The notes beneath the pieces were generated by a model, which was not told the DNA's origin, ran no database searches, and saw only the letters and a list, made by a program, of their open reading frames with translations. The position numbers and the translations under genes are program-made. Of a stretch of DNA of 64,000 nt, positions 18,822 through 28,956 are shown one piece after another. How positions within the stretch are numbered: the stretch's first letter is position 1; each line of letters starts with the position of its first letter. The DNA is from Lysobacteraceae bacterium (GTDB lineage Bacteria > Pseudomonadota > Gammaproteobacteria > Xanthomonadales > Xanthomonadaceae): NCBI GenBank assembly GCA_041395225.1, contig JAWLAV010000015.1, positions 2,892 to 66,891 of the forward strand, given 5' to 3'.

Positions 18822-19538
18822 CTACTGCGCCCGCAATCCCCAGCGCCGCCCCAGCGCATACATCAGCCCGGTGAAGGAAAGCAGGAAATACACGGAGCCT
18901 GCCATCGCCACCTGCCAGGAACGCGCGCCGTCGGACAGCAGCGCGGCGATCAGCACCGAGGCAAGGCCCGTCAGTACGAATCCGGCGTATGCGGTCGCTT
19001 CCCCGGCGGTATCGGCGGCCGCTTCGCGATTCAGCCCCAGTTGGGAGCGGGCGCGCCACGACAGTGCGTACAGGCCGCCGATGCAGGCCGACATCGAGGC
19101 GAACGCGAAGCCGTAGATCATGAACACATGGGCCATCGAGCGCGGCCCGGTGACGTCGTTCAACGGCATCGGCAGCCAGTTGCCGCTGATCCACGCGAAG
19201 AACGTGCCCATCAACAGCCGCAGCGGGTACACGTACACCAGCACCATGAACACCAGCAGCAAGGTCAGCAAGGTGGCGGGAACGGTGTCCAGACGATAGC
19301 GTCGGCTCCAGCGCACATGGGCGTACCAGAACACCACCACCAACGCGAAGCTGGCGGCGAAGGCCGGGATGCTCTTGAGCGCCAGCAGCAGCGCCTGCAC
19401 GCTGTCCGGGATGCGCTCCACCGAGATCACCAGCAGTGTGACCGCGAAAGCGAAAGCGGCATCGACGAAGGCTTCCAGCCGTGTACCGTCGCTGCCGCGC
19501 CAGCGCGGTGCCGGGTCGTTTGGTGGCGTCGTATCCAT
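18822..19538 (-). CDS. TMEM175-family (DUF1211) putative potassium channel
   Basis: The RLEAFVDAAFAFAVTLLV motif at the start of TM1 corresponds to the RxxxFSD signature. The size (238 aa) and roughly six TM segments fit the family. Confidence 0.65.
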   Translation of the reverse strand: MDTTPPNDPAPRWRGSDGTRLEAFVDAAFAFAVTLLVISVERIPDSVQALLLALKSIPAFAASFALVVVFWYAHVRWSRRYRLDTVPATLLTLLLVFMVLVYVYPLRLLMGTFFAWISGNWLPMPLNDVTGPRSMAHVFMIYGFAFASMSACIGGLYALSWRARSQLGLNREAAADTAGEATAYAGFVLTGLASVLIAALLSDGARSWQVAMAGSVYFLLSFTGLMYALGRRWGLRAQ

Positions 19539-19614
19539 GTCGCAAGGCTCGGGGTTGGCGGAGGATTCCGCATCATACGCATACGGGATCGGCGCACGCG
19601 GCGACCGATCACCA

Positions 19615-20388
19615 TCAGCCGCAATCGAACACCAGCTCGATCGCGCCGAAGCGCAGCCGGTCGCCCGGTTGCAGTGTCACGCTTTCGCCCGGATTCAAGC
19701 GACGGTTGTTGACCCAGGTGCCGTTGGCCACGCGCGGTTCTTCGCGCAACGAGACGCCCGAGCTGTCATGCCACAGCCTTGCGTGGCGGCGGCTCAGGCC
19801 GCGTGCCATGTCCAGCGGGGAAAGATCGATATCCGGTGCTGCGCCGGTGGTCGGGTCGGGGCGACCGATCAGCAGGTTGCCGCGTTCCAGCGGCAACGGG
19901 ATGTCGAGGTTGGCGTGGCGAAGCTGATAGCGGCTGCCGGTGGTTTCCGCCAGATTGCGCAGCACGGGCTGGATTTCCTGCGACAGACGCATCGATGGCA
20001 GCGTGTTGGAAGCATCGTGCGAGATGCGCGAGGCGGTACCCACGGCGTGTCGCAGCGAAACCAGATACCCGGCCAGGTTGTGTGCCAGCGTGGCTGCCAG
20101 TGGCGGCTCGGAAGCCAGCACCTTTTCCAGATTCATGCGGGGAATCTTCGCCAGCTTCACCGCCGTCACCGCGACGGCGCGCACGTTGGGCAGGCTGCCG
20201 GGCACCAGGGCCGATTCGCCGAAGAAATCACCCGGCCCGGCAGTGTTGGCGTGCATCAATCCGGCCTGTTCGATGCGCACCGTGCCCGATTCGATGCGAT
20301 AGAGCGCATCGGCGGGCTGGTGGAAGTCGATGACGACGCGGCCAGCGTCCAGTTCGATGGATTCGATGCGGGGGGCGGAATCGGACAT
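19615..20388 (-). CDS. Cyclic-nucleotide-binding domain / FHA domain protein
   Basis: The N-terminal cNMP-binding pattern is ALYRIESGTVRIE...GDFFGESALV...RAVAVTAVKLAKI. The C-terminal FHA pattern is LLIGRP...DIDLS...LSRRHARLW...NGTWVNNRRL...LQPGDRLRFG. Confidence 0.75.
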   Translation of the reverse strand: MSDSAPRIESIELDAGRVVIDFHQPADALYRIESGTVRIEQAGLMHANTAGPGDFFGESALVPGSLPNVRAVAVTAVKLAKIPRMNLEKVLASEPPLAATLAHNLAGYLVSLRHAVGTASRISHDASNTLPSMRLSQEIQPVLRNLAETTGSRYQLRHANLDIPLPLERGNLLIGRPDPTTGAAPDIDLSPLDMARGLSRRHARLWHDSSGVSLREEPRVANGTWVNNRRLNPGESVTLQPGDRLRFGAIELVFDCG

Positions 20389-20485
20389 GCGGTTGGGACG
20401 TGTTGCGGGTGCCGTTGCCGACGATGAGGGGGATTATGCGCAGCCGTTTTGGTGCATCGCAATGCGGAGGGATGAATTGTGTGAA

Positions 20486-21874
20486 TCAGGTCGGTGGTTT
20501 GGGGTGCTTCACGGGCCGTTGCCAGCCTTCCATCGTCTGCTGCCGCACCCGCGCCAGGGTGAGTTTCTCTGCCGGGGCATCGTGCGTCACCACCGAACCT
20601 GCGGCGATGGTGGCGTTCTTGCCTACCGTCACCGGCGCGACGAGTGAGCTGTTGGAACCGATGAAGGCACCATCTTCGATCTGCGTGACGAATTTGTTCG
20701 CACCGTCGTAATTGCAGGTGATGGTGCCCGCACCGACGTTCACGCCTGCGCCGATGCGCGCATCGCCCAGATAGGTGAGGTGATTGGCCTTGCTGCCTTC
20801 GGCCAGAACGGCGTTCTTGGTTTCCACGAAGTTGCCGATGTGCACGCCATCGGCCAGTACCGTGCCGGGCCGCAGCCGTGCATAGGGGCCGATGAAACAC
20901 GCGCCCTGCGTCACCGCGCTTTCCAGATCGCAGTGCGCGCGGATGAGGGTGCCTGCGGCCAATTCCACATCGCGCAAGCGGGTGAACGGGCCGATGCGCA
21001 CGCCGTCACCCAGCACGACGCGGCCTTCCAGGATCACATCCAGATCCAGTTCCACATCGCGCCCGGCGATCACCTCGCCACGCACGTCCACGCGTGCCGG
21101 ATCGGCCACGCGCACGCCCTGTGCGCACAGCGCCATCACCGCGCGGCGCTGGAAGGCGCGTTCCAGTTGCGCCAGTTGCCACGCATCATTCGCGCCTTCC
21201 ACTTCGAGGGCATCGGCGCAGCGCACCGCCGCAGCGGGCGAGCCTTCGCGTGCGGCCTGGGAGAACACATCGGTCAGGTAATACTCGCGCTGGCTGTTCT
21301 CGCAGCGCAGGTTCGCCAGCCAGCCGCGCAGCGATGCGGCATCGGCGGCAAGGATGCCAGTGTTGATCACGCGAATGGCACGTTGCGACGGGCCGGCATC
21401 CTTGTGTTCCACGATGGCCGCCACGCGGCCATCGGCATCCAGCACGATGCGGCCATAGCCGGTGGCATCGGCAGGTTCGGCAACCAGCACCGCGAGCCTT
21501 GCATCGGCTTCAATCACGTCGTGCAAGGTGGAGGCGCGGATCAGTGGCACATCGCCATACAGCACCAGCACCCGCGCAGCGTCGGGGATGCCTGGCATCG
21601 CCTGCTGCACCGCATGGCCGGTGCCCAGCCGCTGCATCTGTTCCACCCACGCAATGCCGGTTTCTTCCGCGAATGTCGCCCGCACCGCATCGCCGCCGTG
21701 GCCGTACACCACATGGATCGCGGCTGGATTCAGTGCCTTCGCGGTAACGATCACATGCGCCAGCAGCGGACGGCCCGCCAGCGGCATCAGCACCTTCGGC
21801 AATTCCGAACGCATCCGCGTACCTGCTCCGGCGGCGAGGATCACGACATGCAGCGGGGAAGGGGATGTGCTCAT
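20486..21874 (-). CDS. glmU: Bifunctional UDP-N-acetylglucosamine pyrophosphorylase / glucosamine-1-phosphate N-acetyltransferase
   Basis: N-terminal [17 protein letters not shown] nucleotidyltransferase motif and C-terminal left-handed beta-helix hexapeptide repeats; 462 aa. Confidence 0.95.
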   Translation of the reverse strand: MSTSPSPLHVVILAAGAGTRMRSELPKVLMPLAGRPLLAHVIVTAKALNPAAIHVVYGHGGDAVRATFAEETGIAWVEQMQRLGTGHAVQQAMPGIPDAARVLVLYGDVPLIRASTLHDVIEADARLAVLVAEPADATGYGRIVLDADGRVAAIVEHKDAGPSQRAIRVINTGILAADAASLRGWLANLRCENSQREYYLTDVFSQAAREGSPAAAVRCADALEVEGANDAWQLAQLERAFQRRAVMALCAQGVRVADPARVDVRGEVIAGRDVELDLDVILEGRVVLGDGVRIGPFTRLRDVELAAGTLIRAHCDLESAVTQGACFIGPYARLRPGTVLADGVHIGNFVETKNAVLAEGSKANHLTYLGDARIGAGVNVGAGTITCNYDGANKFVTQIEDGAFIGSNSSLVAPVTVGKNATIAAGSVVTHDAPAEKLTLARVRQQTMEGWQRPVKHPKPPT

Positions 21875-21940
21875 CGGGGAATCCGGGAGAAAATCAGAGA
21901 GGCGGCATTATCGGGCAAGCGGGGTGTGCGCCTGTACCCG

Positions 21941-21970
21941 AAAAATGAACGGCCCCGCCGAGGCGGGGCC
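21941..21970 (-). terminator. Rho-independent terminator downstream of aceA
   Basis: GGCCCCGCC-GAG-GCGGGGCC stem at 21951-21970. On the minus strand it is followed by TTCATTTTT. Confidence 0.55.
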
Positions 21971-22001
21971 GTGTCATGTCATGCAATTCGGGCAATGAGG
22001 C

Positions 22002-23339
22002 TTACGCGGCCTGCTTTTTCTCATCGTAGAACTGCGCTTCCTCCGTGGAACCTGTCAGCGCGGTGACGGACGAAGCGCCGCCCTGGATCACGGTGGTCAC
22101 GTCGTCGAAGTAGCCCACGCCCACTTCCTGCTGGTGACTGACGAAGGTGTAGCCCTTTTCGCGCGCGGCGAATTCCGGTTCCTGCACCTGTTCCACGTAG
22201 TGCCTCATGCCTTCGCCACGGGCGTAGTCGTAGGCGAACTTGAAGCTGTTGAACCAGTTGATGTGGATGCCGGCCAGGGTGATGAACTGGTATTTGTAGC
22301 CGAGCGCGGAGAGTTCTTCCTGGAAGCGGGCGATGGTGGCGTCGTCCAGATTCTTCTTCCAGTTGAAGCTGGGCGAGCAGTTGTAGGAAAGCAGCTTGCC
22401 CGGATGTGCGCGGTGCACGGCCTGGGCGAATTCACGGGCGAAGCCCAGATCCGGCGTGCCGGTTTCGCACCACACCAGATCCGCATACGGCGCATAGGCA
22501 ACGCCACGGCTGATGGATTGTTCCAGCCCGTTCTTCACGCGGTAGAAACCTTCGGACGTGCGCTCGCCGGTGAGGAAGGACACATCGTTGGCGTCGTGGT
22601 TGGAGGTGATGAGGTTGGCGGCTTCGGCATCGGTGCGCGCCAGCACGATGGTCGGCACGCCCAGCACGTCCGCCGCCAGACGCGCGGCGACGAGTTTCTG
22701 CACCGCTTCGCCCGTGGGCACCAGCACTTTGCCGCCCATGTGGCCGCACTTCTTCACCGCTGCGAGCTGGTCTTCGAAATGCACGCCTGCGGCACCGGCG
22801 ACGATCATGTTCTTCATCAGCTCGTAGGCATTGAGCACGCCGCCGAAACCGGCTTCGGCATCGGCCACGATGGGCAGGAAGAAGTCGATGGCGTCCTGCT
22901 CCTTCGTCTTGCCGTCGCAGATGGCCTTCCACTGGATTTCATCGGCACGCTGGAACGTGTTGTTGATGCGACGAACCATCGTCGGCACCGAGTCGTAGGC
23001 GTACAGCGACTGATCCGGGTACATGGTTTCCGAGGTGTTGCCATCGGCGGCGACCTGCCAGCCGGAGAGATAGACCGCTTCAAGCCCGGCCTTGGCCTGT
23101 TGCATCGCTTGCCCGGCGGAAATTGCACCGAAAGCGTTGACGTAGCCTTTCTTCGCCTCGCCGTTGACCAGCTTCCACAGCTTCTCCGCGCCACGCTTGG
23201 CGAGCGTGTGTTCCGGTTGCACGCTGCCGCGAAGGCGCACCACGTCGGCGGCGGAATACGGGCGCTTCACCTGGTTCCAGCGCGGATTGGTGTTCCATTC
23301 CTTTTGCAGGGTGGCGATCTGTTCGGCTTGCTTGCTCAT
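22002..23339 (-). CDS. aceA: Isocitrate lyase
   Basis: KKCGHMGGK active-site motif. The N-terminus [25 protein letters not shown] is typical of ICL; 445 aa. Confidence 0.95.
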   Translation of the reverse strand: MSKQAEQIATLQKEWNTNPRWNQVKRPYSAADVVRLRGSVQPEHTLAKRGAEKLWKLVNGEAKKGYVNAFGAISAGQAMQQAKAGLEAVYLSGWQVAADGNTSETMYPDQSLYAYDSVPTMVRRINNTFQRADEIQWKAICDGKTKEQDAIDFFLPIVADAEAGFGGVLNAYELMKNMIVAGAAGVHFEDQLAAVKKCGHMGGKVLVPTGEAVQKLVAARLAADVLGVPTIVLARTDAEAANLITSNHDANDVSFLTGERTSEGFYRVKNGLEQSISRGVAYAPYADLVWCETGTPDLGFAREFAQAVHRAHPGKLLSYNCSPSFNWKKNLDDATIARFQEELSALGYKYQFITLAGIHINWFNSFKFAYDYARGEGMRHYVEQVQEPEFAAREKGYTFVSHQQEVGVGYFDDVTTVIQGGASSVTALTGSTEEAQFYDEKKQAA

Positions 23340-23461
23340 GGTGCGGGTTCCTGGCTGTGTGAAGTGGCGGCGGTAGGCCGCGTTCCCGATCCGCGCTGGG
23401 CGTCCGGGGTTGCCAAGCTAGGTGCTGCACTGCAACTTTGCCAAGATAAATGTTTCAATGA

Positions 23462-23474
23462 ATGTTATTAACAT
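23462..23474. promoter_or_regulatory. Candidate LysR-type regulator box in the aceA/LTTR divergent intergenic region
   Basis: A perfect 6-1-6 palindrome ATGTTA-T-TAACAT sits inside the only AT-rich stretch of the 178-bp divergent region. The assignment to the adjacent LTTR is inference. Confidence 0.3.
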
Positions 23475-23517
23475 ATGAAATACTTGATCTTGAATATTCC
23501 GCCACTGCCTTGAATCC

Positions 23518-24477
23518 ATGCCCAAAGCGCCCGCCCGCTTCTATTACAAAGGCAGCCGACTCAAGCAGTTGCGCGCGTTTTGTCATGCCGCGCGGCTGGG
23601 CTCGGTATCGCGCGCTGCCGAGGCACTTTTCCTGAGCCAGCCCGCCGTGAGCCTGCAACTGGGCGCGTTGGAGGCCGAATTCGGGGCGCAACTGTTCGAG
23701 CGCCAAGGCCGCCGTCTGGCGCTCACCGCCGAAGGCCAGACCCTGTACGACATGGCGCGACCGCTGGTCGATGGCCTGGATGCGCTCGAAGGCCAGTTCA
23801 AGGATCGCCTGCGCGGGTTGTCCTCGGGCGAGCTGAACATCGCTGCCGGCAGCTCCACCATCCTCTACTTCCTGCCGACGCTGGTGCAGGCGTTCCGCGA
23901 CGCGCATCCGGAGGTGCAGTTGAAGCTGCACAACGTCACCGGCCGCGACGGATTGGCGCTGTTGCGCAGCGATGGCGTCGATCTGGCGGTCGGTTCGATG
24001 CTGGACGTGCCCAACGACATCGATTACGCCCCGGTGCGCAGCTACGACCCGATGCTGATCGCCCCGCTCGGCCATCCCTTGGCCACCAGGCATCCGTTGA
24101 CGCTGGAAGACCTCTCGCCCTACGGCCTGATCCTGCCTCCGCAGCGCCAGACCACGTATCGCCTCGTCGATCTGGTATTCCAGCAGCACCGCGTGCCCTA
24201 CACCGTGGCGCTGGAAGTGGGCGGCTGGGAAATCATCAAGCAATACGTCTCGATGGGCTTGGGCATTTCCATTGTCACCGGCATCTGCCTCACGCAGGCC
24301 GATCACGAACGCCTGGCGGTACGCAATCTGCGCGCCTACTTTCCGCCGCGCAGCTACGGCGTGGTGATCCGCAAAGGCAGGTTCCTCTCACCACCGGCAC
24401 GCGCCTTCGTCGATCTGGTGAAGCCCTCGCTGTTCACGCGGCGTGATTGGTATGAGAGCGGGCATTCGGAAAGATGA
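23518..24477 (+). CDS. LysR-family transcriptional regulator
   Basis: N-terminal HTH LKQLRAFCHAARLGSVSRAAEALFLSQPAVSLQLGALEAEFGAQLFERQGRRLALT followed by an LTTR substrate-binding domain. Confidence 0.9.
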   Translation: MPKAPARFYYKGSRLKQLRAFCHAARLGSVSRAAEALFLSQPAVSLQLGALEAEFGAQLFERQGRRLALTAEGQTLYDMARPLVDGLDALEGQFKDRLRGLSSGELNIAAGSSTILYFLPTLVQAFRDAHPEVQLKLHNVTGRDGLALLRSDGVDLAVGSMLDVPNDIDYAPVRSYDPMLIAPLGHPLATRHPLTLEDLSPYGLILPPQRQTTYRLVDLVFQQHRVPYTVALEVGGWEIIKQYVSMGLGISIVTGICLTQADHERLAVRNLRAYFPPRSYGVVIRKGRFLSPPARAFVDLVKPSLFTRRDWYESGHSER

Positions 24478-24550
24478 AGCCATCGGCTCTGGTGCACAGG
24501 CCATGCCGCGCGTATCGTGAGGTTTCGTACATCCTCAGGGGAGATTCCGC

Positions 24551-25942
24551 ATGTTCCGATCATCCGTTGCATCCTTGGTTCGCAGCCTGTCATTCATTGT
24601 CCTTGCAACGGGTTGCCCCGCCTTCGCGGTGGCCGATGTCTTCACCGTGGGGCAGGGCGGAACCTATTTGCAACTTCAGGATGCGGTGAATGCAGCCCTT
24701 GCCCATGCCGGCGACGACGAAATCCGGATCCGGGGCGGCGGCACTTCGATGAGTGGCCAGATCGTCACCATCACCCAGGTGGTGAATGAACGCCTGGACA
24801 TCAGTGGCGGGTGGGACGCCGCCTTCAACCAGCAGACGATCAGCGTGTACCAGACCACGCTCAGCGCCAGCCATGAAGGGCGGACGCTGAGCGTGGATGC
24901 CTATGCGGGGGTGGTCACCGTGCGCAATCTTGCGCTCTATGAGGGCAGAAAAGTTTACGCCGCCAATGCCTCTCTGATCGCCCGCCCGGGTGCGCGCGTG
25001 GAGATGTCCGACTGCTTTATCAATTACGGACTTGCAGATGGCGGCACCACGTTAGTGGCCGACGGCGGTGGCATCTCGCTGGCCGCCTACAACGGCGCCT
25101 CGGTGGTATTCGAGCGTTGCCAGGTTCGGAACAACACCGTGACCGGCAGCTACGGCAACAGTGCCGGCATGAGCGCGGCGGTGGTTGGCAGCGGCCAGAT
25201 ACGAATTGCGGATGTGCGAATCGCCGACAACACCCTGCAGGTATCCAGCGGTCATGCAGGAGGGCTATCCCTGATGGCCGTCGATTCCGGAGTGATTGAA
25301 TTGGACGGAGTGGAAATCTACGACAATCGAATCATTGGCGATTCCACTTCGTCGCTTTTGGGCAGTGGGCTCTCGGTCATCCTCAATGCGCCTGGCGAAT
25401 CCAATGCACAAGTTCTGATGCGTCGTTTGCGCGTTGCAGGCAATTCAACAACAGGCTCCACGGGTTCCACACATCAGGTCATTCTGGAGGCCCACGACAA
25501 CCAGGTGATCGTGTTGGGCGACAGCGAAATTTCGCGCAGCACGACTGACGGAGGCGTCCATGCGCGCCAGATCGGGGATGCGCAGGTGGCGCTGGTCAAT
25601 CTCACCGTGCCTGACAACGCCGGTTTCGACCTTGCAGCGAGCGGCGCCGTGGACATCAGCAACACCTTGGCTGATGTGACCGATGCCAGCATCGCCGTCG
25701 CCAATGCAGTTGAAAGCCTGTTCGGGATCGATCCGCACTATGAAGATCGGGAGAGTGGCCTCTATCAGCTGCTTCCTTCTTCCCCGGCCATCGGTGCGGG
25801 CGCATCCACACCGCCGGGAGGGCTGGGCGCGCTGGATCTGGAAGGCAACCCGCGCGTCATCGGCATGCGGGTGGACATCGGCGCTCATGAATTCGATGAC
25901 CCCGTGCTTTTCATGGATGGTTTCGAGGATGCGATGCCGTAA
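24551..25942 (+). CDS. Secreted right-handed beta-helix repeat protein
   Basis: Signal peptide, Gly/Asn/Val-rich repeats typical of parallel beta-helix proteins, and a C-terminal block SSPAIGAG...LDLEGNPRV...DIGAHEF seen in choice-of-anchor/pectate-lyase-fold proteins. Its G+C is lower than that of flanking genes. Confidence 0.55.
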   Translation: MFRSSVASLVRSLSFIVLATGCPAFAVADVFTVGQGGTYLQLQDAVNAALAHAGDDEIRIRGGGTSMSGQIVTITQVVNERLDISGGWDAAFNQQTISVYQTTLSASHEGRTLSVDAYAGVVTVRNLALYEGRKVYAANASLIARPGARVEMSDCFINYGLADGGTTLVADGGGISLAAYNGASVVFERCQVRNNTVTGSYGNSAGMSAAVVGSGQIRIADVRIADNTLQVSSGHAGGLSLMAVDSGVIELDGVEIYDNRIIGDSTSSLLGSGLSVILNAPGESNAQVLMRRLRVAGNSTTGSTGSTHQVILEAHDNQVIVLGDSEISRSTTDGGVHARQIGDAQVALVNLTVPDNAGFDLAASGAVDISNTLADVTDASIAVANAVESLFGIDPHYEDRESGLYQLLPSSPAIGAGASTPPGGLGALDLEGNPRVIGMRVDIGAHEFDDPVLFMDGFEDAMP

Positions 25943-26021
25943 GCCTGCCGACGATGGGGCGCAGGTTGCCGCACCATCGCCATGCCCTTAGAGTTCCCGG
26001 CCCGCTTTCGTTCGCGAACCC

Positions 26022-26918
26022 ATGCCGATGCGCCTCCCCGACTATCCGTTCACACCGCAACGCTTCGAAGTTCGGCCCGGCATTGCGATGAGCTATCTGG
26101 ACGAAGGCCCGCGCGATGGCGAGGTGGTGTTGATGCTGCACGGCAATCCGTCGTGGAGCTATTACTGGCGCAAGCTGGTGGCCGGGTTGAGTGATCGTTA
26201 TCGCTGCATCGTGCCGGATCACGTCGGCATGGGATTTTCGGACAAGCCGGACGATGCCGCATACCGCTACACGCTGGCCTCGCGCATCGAGGACGTGCAG
26301 ACCCTGCTGCAACACCTCAACATCGAAGGCAAGGTGACATTGGCGGTGCACGACTGGGGCGGCATGATCGGTTTCGGCTGGGCGCTGCGCGATCCTGCGC
26401 GGGTGGCGCGGCTGGTGGTGACGAACACCGCCGCATTCCCGTTGCCGCCGGAAAAGCCGATGCCCTGGCAATTGACGCTGGGCCGCGATTCATGGCTTGG
26501 GGCGTTCGCCATCCGCGCCTTCAATGCCTTCTCCGGCATCGCTTCGCATGTGGGCGTGGTCACGCGGATGCCAGCGGACGTGCGCCGCGCCTATGTCGCG
26601 CCCTACGATTCCTGGGCCAACCGCATCGCCACGCTGCGCTTCGTGCAGGACATTCCGTTGAAACCTGGCGATGCCGCGTGGGATCTGGTGGCCGAATCCG
26701 GCAAGCGTCTTTCCGAATATGCGGATCGTCCTGCACTGCTGGCCTGGGGCCTGCGCGATTTCGTGTTCGATGCACATTTCCTGCGCGGCTTCGAGCAGCG
26801 CCTGCCGAATGCGGAAAGCCTGATCTTCGACGATGCAGGCCACTACGTGCTGGAAGACAAGGCCGCGATCATCGTGCCGAAGGTGCGGGCGTTTCTGGAT
26901 GCGCATCCGCTGGGGTGA
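26022..26918 (+). CDS. Alpha/beta hydrolase, haloalkane dehalogenase-like
   Basis: HGNPSWSYYWRKLV and the nucleophile block AVHDWGGMIGFGWA are present, with a C-terminal DAGHYVLED block. Confidence 0.8.
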   Translation: MPMRLPDYPFTPQRFEVRPGIAMSYLDEGPRDGEVVLMLHGNPSWSYYWRKLVAGLSDRYRCIVPDHVGMGFSDKPDDAAYRYTLASRIEDVQTLLQHLNIEGKVTLAVHDWGGMIGFGWALRDPARVARLVVTNTAAFPLPPEKPMPWQLTLGRDSWLGAFAIRAFNAFSGIASHVGVVTRMPADVRRAYVAPYDSWANRIATLRFVQDIPLKPGDAAWDLVAESGKRLSEYADRPALLAWGLRDFVFDAHFLRGFEQRLPNAESLIFDDAGHYVLEDKAAIIVPKVRAFLDAHPLG

Positions 26919-26980
26919 GCGCGCGGTTCAACCGACGCACCGTGGATGAGCACCGGCGACCGTTCCGCTGAAAGCCCGCC

Positions 26981-27349
26981 TCAGGATTTCCCCGACCGCA
27001 ACCGAACCCGGGCCATGAGCACGGCCAGACCGATGGCCGGCAGGGCGAGGATGGAGAACACGATGAGGCCCAGCGGCAAGAGACCGAAGCTGTCGCTGGA
27101 GACGAGCAACACCAAGGCCTGAGCCAGCATCACCGCCAGGCCCCAGCGCCAGGGTTTTTCCGGCGCCCAGTAGCCGATGCCGCCCGCCAGGCCGATGCTC
27201 AACGGATAGGAAAAGAGCCAGTACAGCGGGGAATCCCAGGCCTCGCTCCTGCCGCCGATGGCGGCGGCGAGCAGCCACGGGAGCGCGCCACCGAGGGTCG
27301 CGGCGGCATAGGCCTGTTTCGCCGTGAGTTTCATGTCCGCTCCCGTCAA
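26981..27349 (-). CDS. Small membrane protein
   Basis: 122 aa with four hydrophobic segments, located directly downstream of the ntrB-like gene. I recognised no family. Confidence 0.45.
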   Translation of the reverse strand: MTGADMKLTAKQAYAAATLGGALPWLLAAAIGGRSEAWDSPLYWLFSYPLSIGLAGGIGYWAPEKPWRWGLAVMLAQALVLLVSSDSFGLLPLGLIVFSILALPAIGLAVLMARVRLRSGKS

Positions 27350-27397
27350 TCCGCCGGTGTCGCCTGCCGTTTTGCACCAGGAATGCGGGTGCCGCCG

Positions 27398-28438
27398 TCA
27401 CTCCACCGGCAACAACAGCGTGAACACCGTCGCCCCGGCCTGCGAGCGGAACGACAGCGCACCGTGATGTTCACGCGTTACCTGCTGCGCCAGGGTCAAC
27501 CCCAAACCCGTGCCTTCGGCTCGACCTGAAACCAGTGGCAGGAAGATGCGTTCGGCCAGATCTTGCGGTACGCCACGGCCGTTGTCTTCGATGTCCACAC
27601 GCAGGGCAAGGCGATGCGGGCGGTCGCCGATCAGGGCGTTGTGTTCGGCGCGGGTGCGCAGGCGAATGTCGGTGGCTTGAGCATCCAGGGCGTTGCGCAC
27701 GAGGTTCCACAATGCTTGTGTGAGTCGATCCGGATCGCCGTCGATTTCCGGCAGGCTGGGGTCGTAGTCGCGCACCAGTCGAACCGCGCCGCCCGCTTCG
27801 GCTTCAGCCAGCAGGCGCACGCGCTCCAATGCTTCATGCACGTTGGTCGGGCGCGTGCCATTGCCCTGTGCGGGGTTCAACAGGCGGTCCACCAAGGCAG
27901 CGAGGCGGTCGCATTCGTGCAGGATCACCTCCACGTAACGCCGCGAATTCGCGTCTTCGCTGCGGCGGGCGAGCAGCTGCGCCGCGCCTTTGAGGCCAGC
28001 CAGCGGATTCTTGACCTCGTGCGCCAGGCCTTTCAGTGCAGCGTGCAGCGCGCCAGGCAGGGCATCGGCGAAATCGCCCGCGGGGGAAGCATCGATGGGA
28101 TGGACTTCGATCAATGCGCCGCCTTCAATGCAGGTCAACCACAGATCGGCCACCCGCGCCGGTTCCGGCGGCACGCGCAGGCTGGCGCGGCACGCGATCA
28201 AGGGCGCATCCGCGCCGGGCGAAAGACGCGCGAGCAAGCCATCCAGGCGTGGTGCCTGCGTATCGAGCTGATCGAGTTTGAGACCGAACAAGCGGCGAGG
28301 GCTGATGCCGAGCCAGCGTGCGAACGCGACGTTGCAGCCTTCGATGCGGCCTTCACGGTCGGCCCAGGCGATGGGTGTGCCGAGCTGTTCGAGTTCGGGC
28401 GGCGGCAATGGTGCGGGCATCTTCATGGAGCGTGGCAA
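27398..28438 (-). CDS. ntrB: Nitrogen-regulation sensor histidine kinase NtrB-like
   Basis: GLAHEVKNPLAGLKGAAQLL (H box), VRDYDPSLPEIDGDPDRLTQALWNLVRNAL, DNGRGVP and GTGLGLTLA are collinear with E. coli NtrB/GlnL. The start is uncertain (MPRSMKM...). Confidence 0.8.
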   Translation of the reverse strand: MPRSMKMPAPLPPPELEQLGTPIAWADREGRIEGCNVAFARWLGISPRRLFGLKLDQLDTQAPRLDGLLARLSPGADAPLIACRASLRVPPEPARVADLWLTCIEGGALIEVHPIDASPAGDFADALPGALHAALKGLAHEVKNPLAGLKGAAQLLARRSEDANSRRYVEVILHECDRLAALVDRLLNPAQGNGTRPTNVHEALERVRLLAEAEAGGAVRLVRDYDPSLPEIDGDPDRLTQALWNLVRNALDAQATDIRLRTRAEHNALIGDRPHRLALRVDIEDNGRGVPQDLAERIFLPLVSGRAEGTGLGLTLAQQVTREHHGALSFRSQAGATVFTLLLPVE

Positions 28439-28536
28439 ACGGGAGGCGGAACGATAGCGCAGCGCAGCACGGGAAGGCTGCCTGCACCTCTACAATGCAC
28501 GGCTTTGTTGTTCGATACGTAAATCCTTCCATTTCC

Positions 28537-28956
28537 ATGCTGACGATTTCCTCCACCATCGCCATTCCCGACGAGGAACTGACCGAGCGCTTCGTGCGCG
28601 CGTCCGGGCCGGGCGGGCAAAACGTCAACAAGGTATCCACGGCAGTGGAACTGCGATTCGATGCAATGGCTTCACCTTCATTGCCGGAAAGCGTGCGGGC
28701 GCGGCTCCTGGCACGGCGCGATCGGCGCATTGGTACAGATGGCGTGATCGTGATTTCCGCCCAGCGCTTCCGCAGTCAGGATCGCAACCGCGAGGATGCA
28801 CGGGAACGGCTGGCGGCGCTGATCCACGCGGCATTGGAACCGCCGAAGCCGCGCATCGCCACGCGGCCTACGCGCGCCAGCCGTGAGCGGCGTCTGGATG
28901 CAAAAAAGGAACGCGGCCAGATCAAGCGGGCACGCACGTCGAGGAATTGGGAATGA
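28537..28956 (+). CDS. arfB: Alternative ribosome-rescue factor / peptidyl-tRNA hydrolase ArfB
   Basis: Trimmed to ATG 28537. It has the GGQ motif (SGPGGQNVNKVSTAV) and a basic C-terminal tail (RRLDAKKERGQIKRAR). Confidence 0.9.
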   Translation: MLTISSTIAIPDEELTERFVRASGPGGQNVNKVSTAVELRFDAMASPSLPESVRARLLARRDRRIGTDGVIVISAQRFRSQDRNREDARERLAALIHAALEPPKPRIATRPTRASRERRLDAKKERGQIKRARTSRNWE

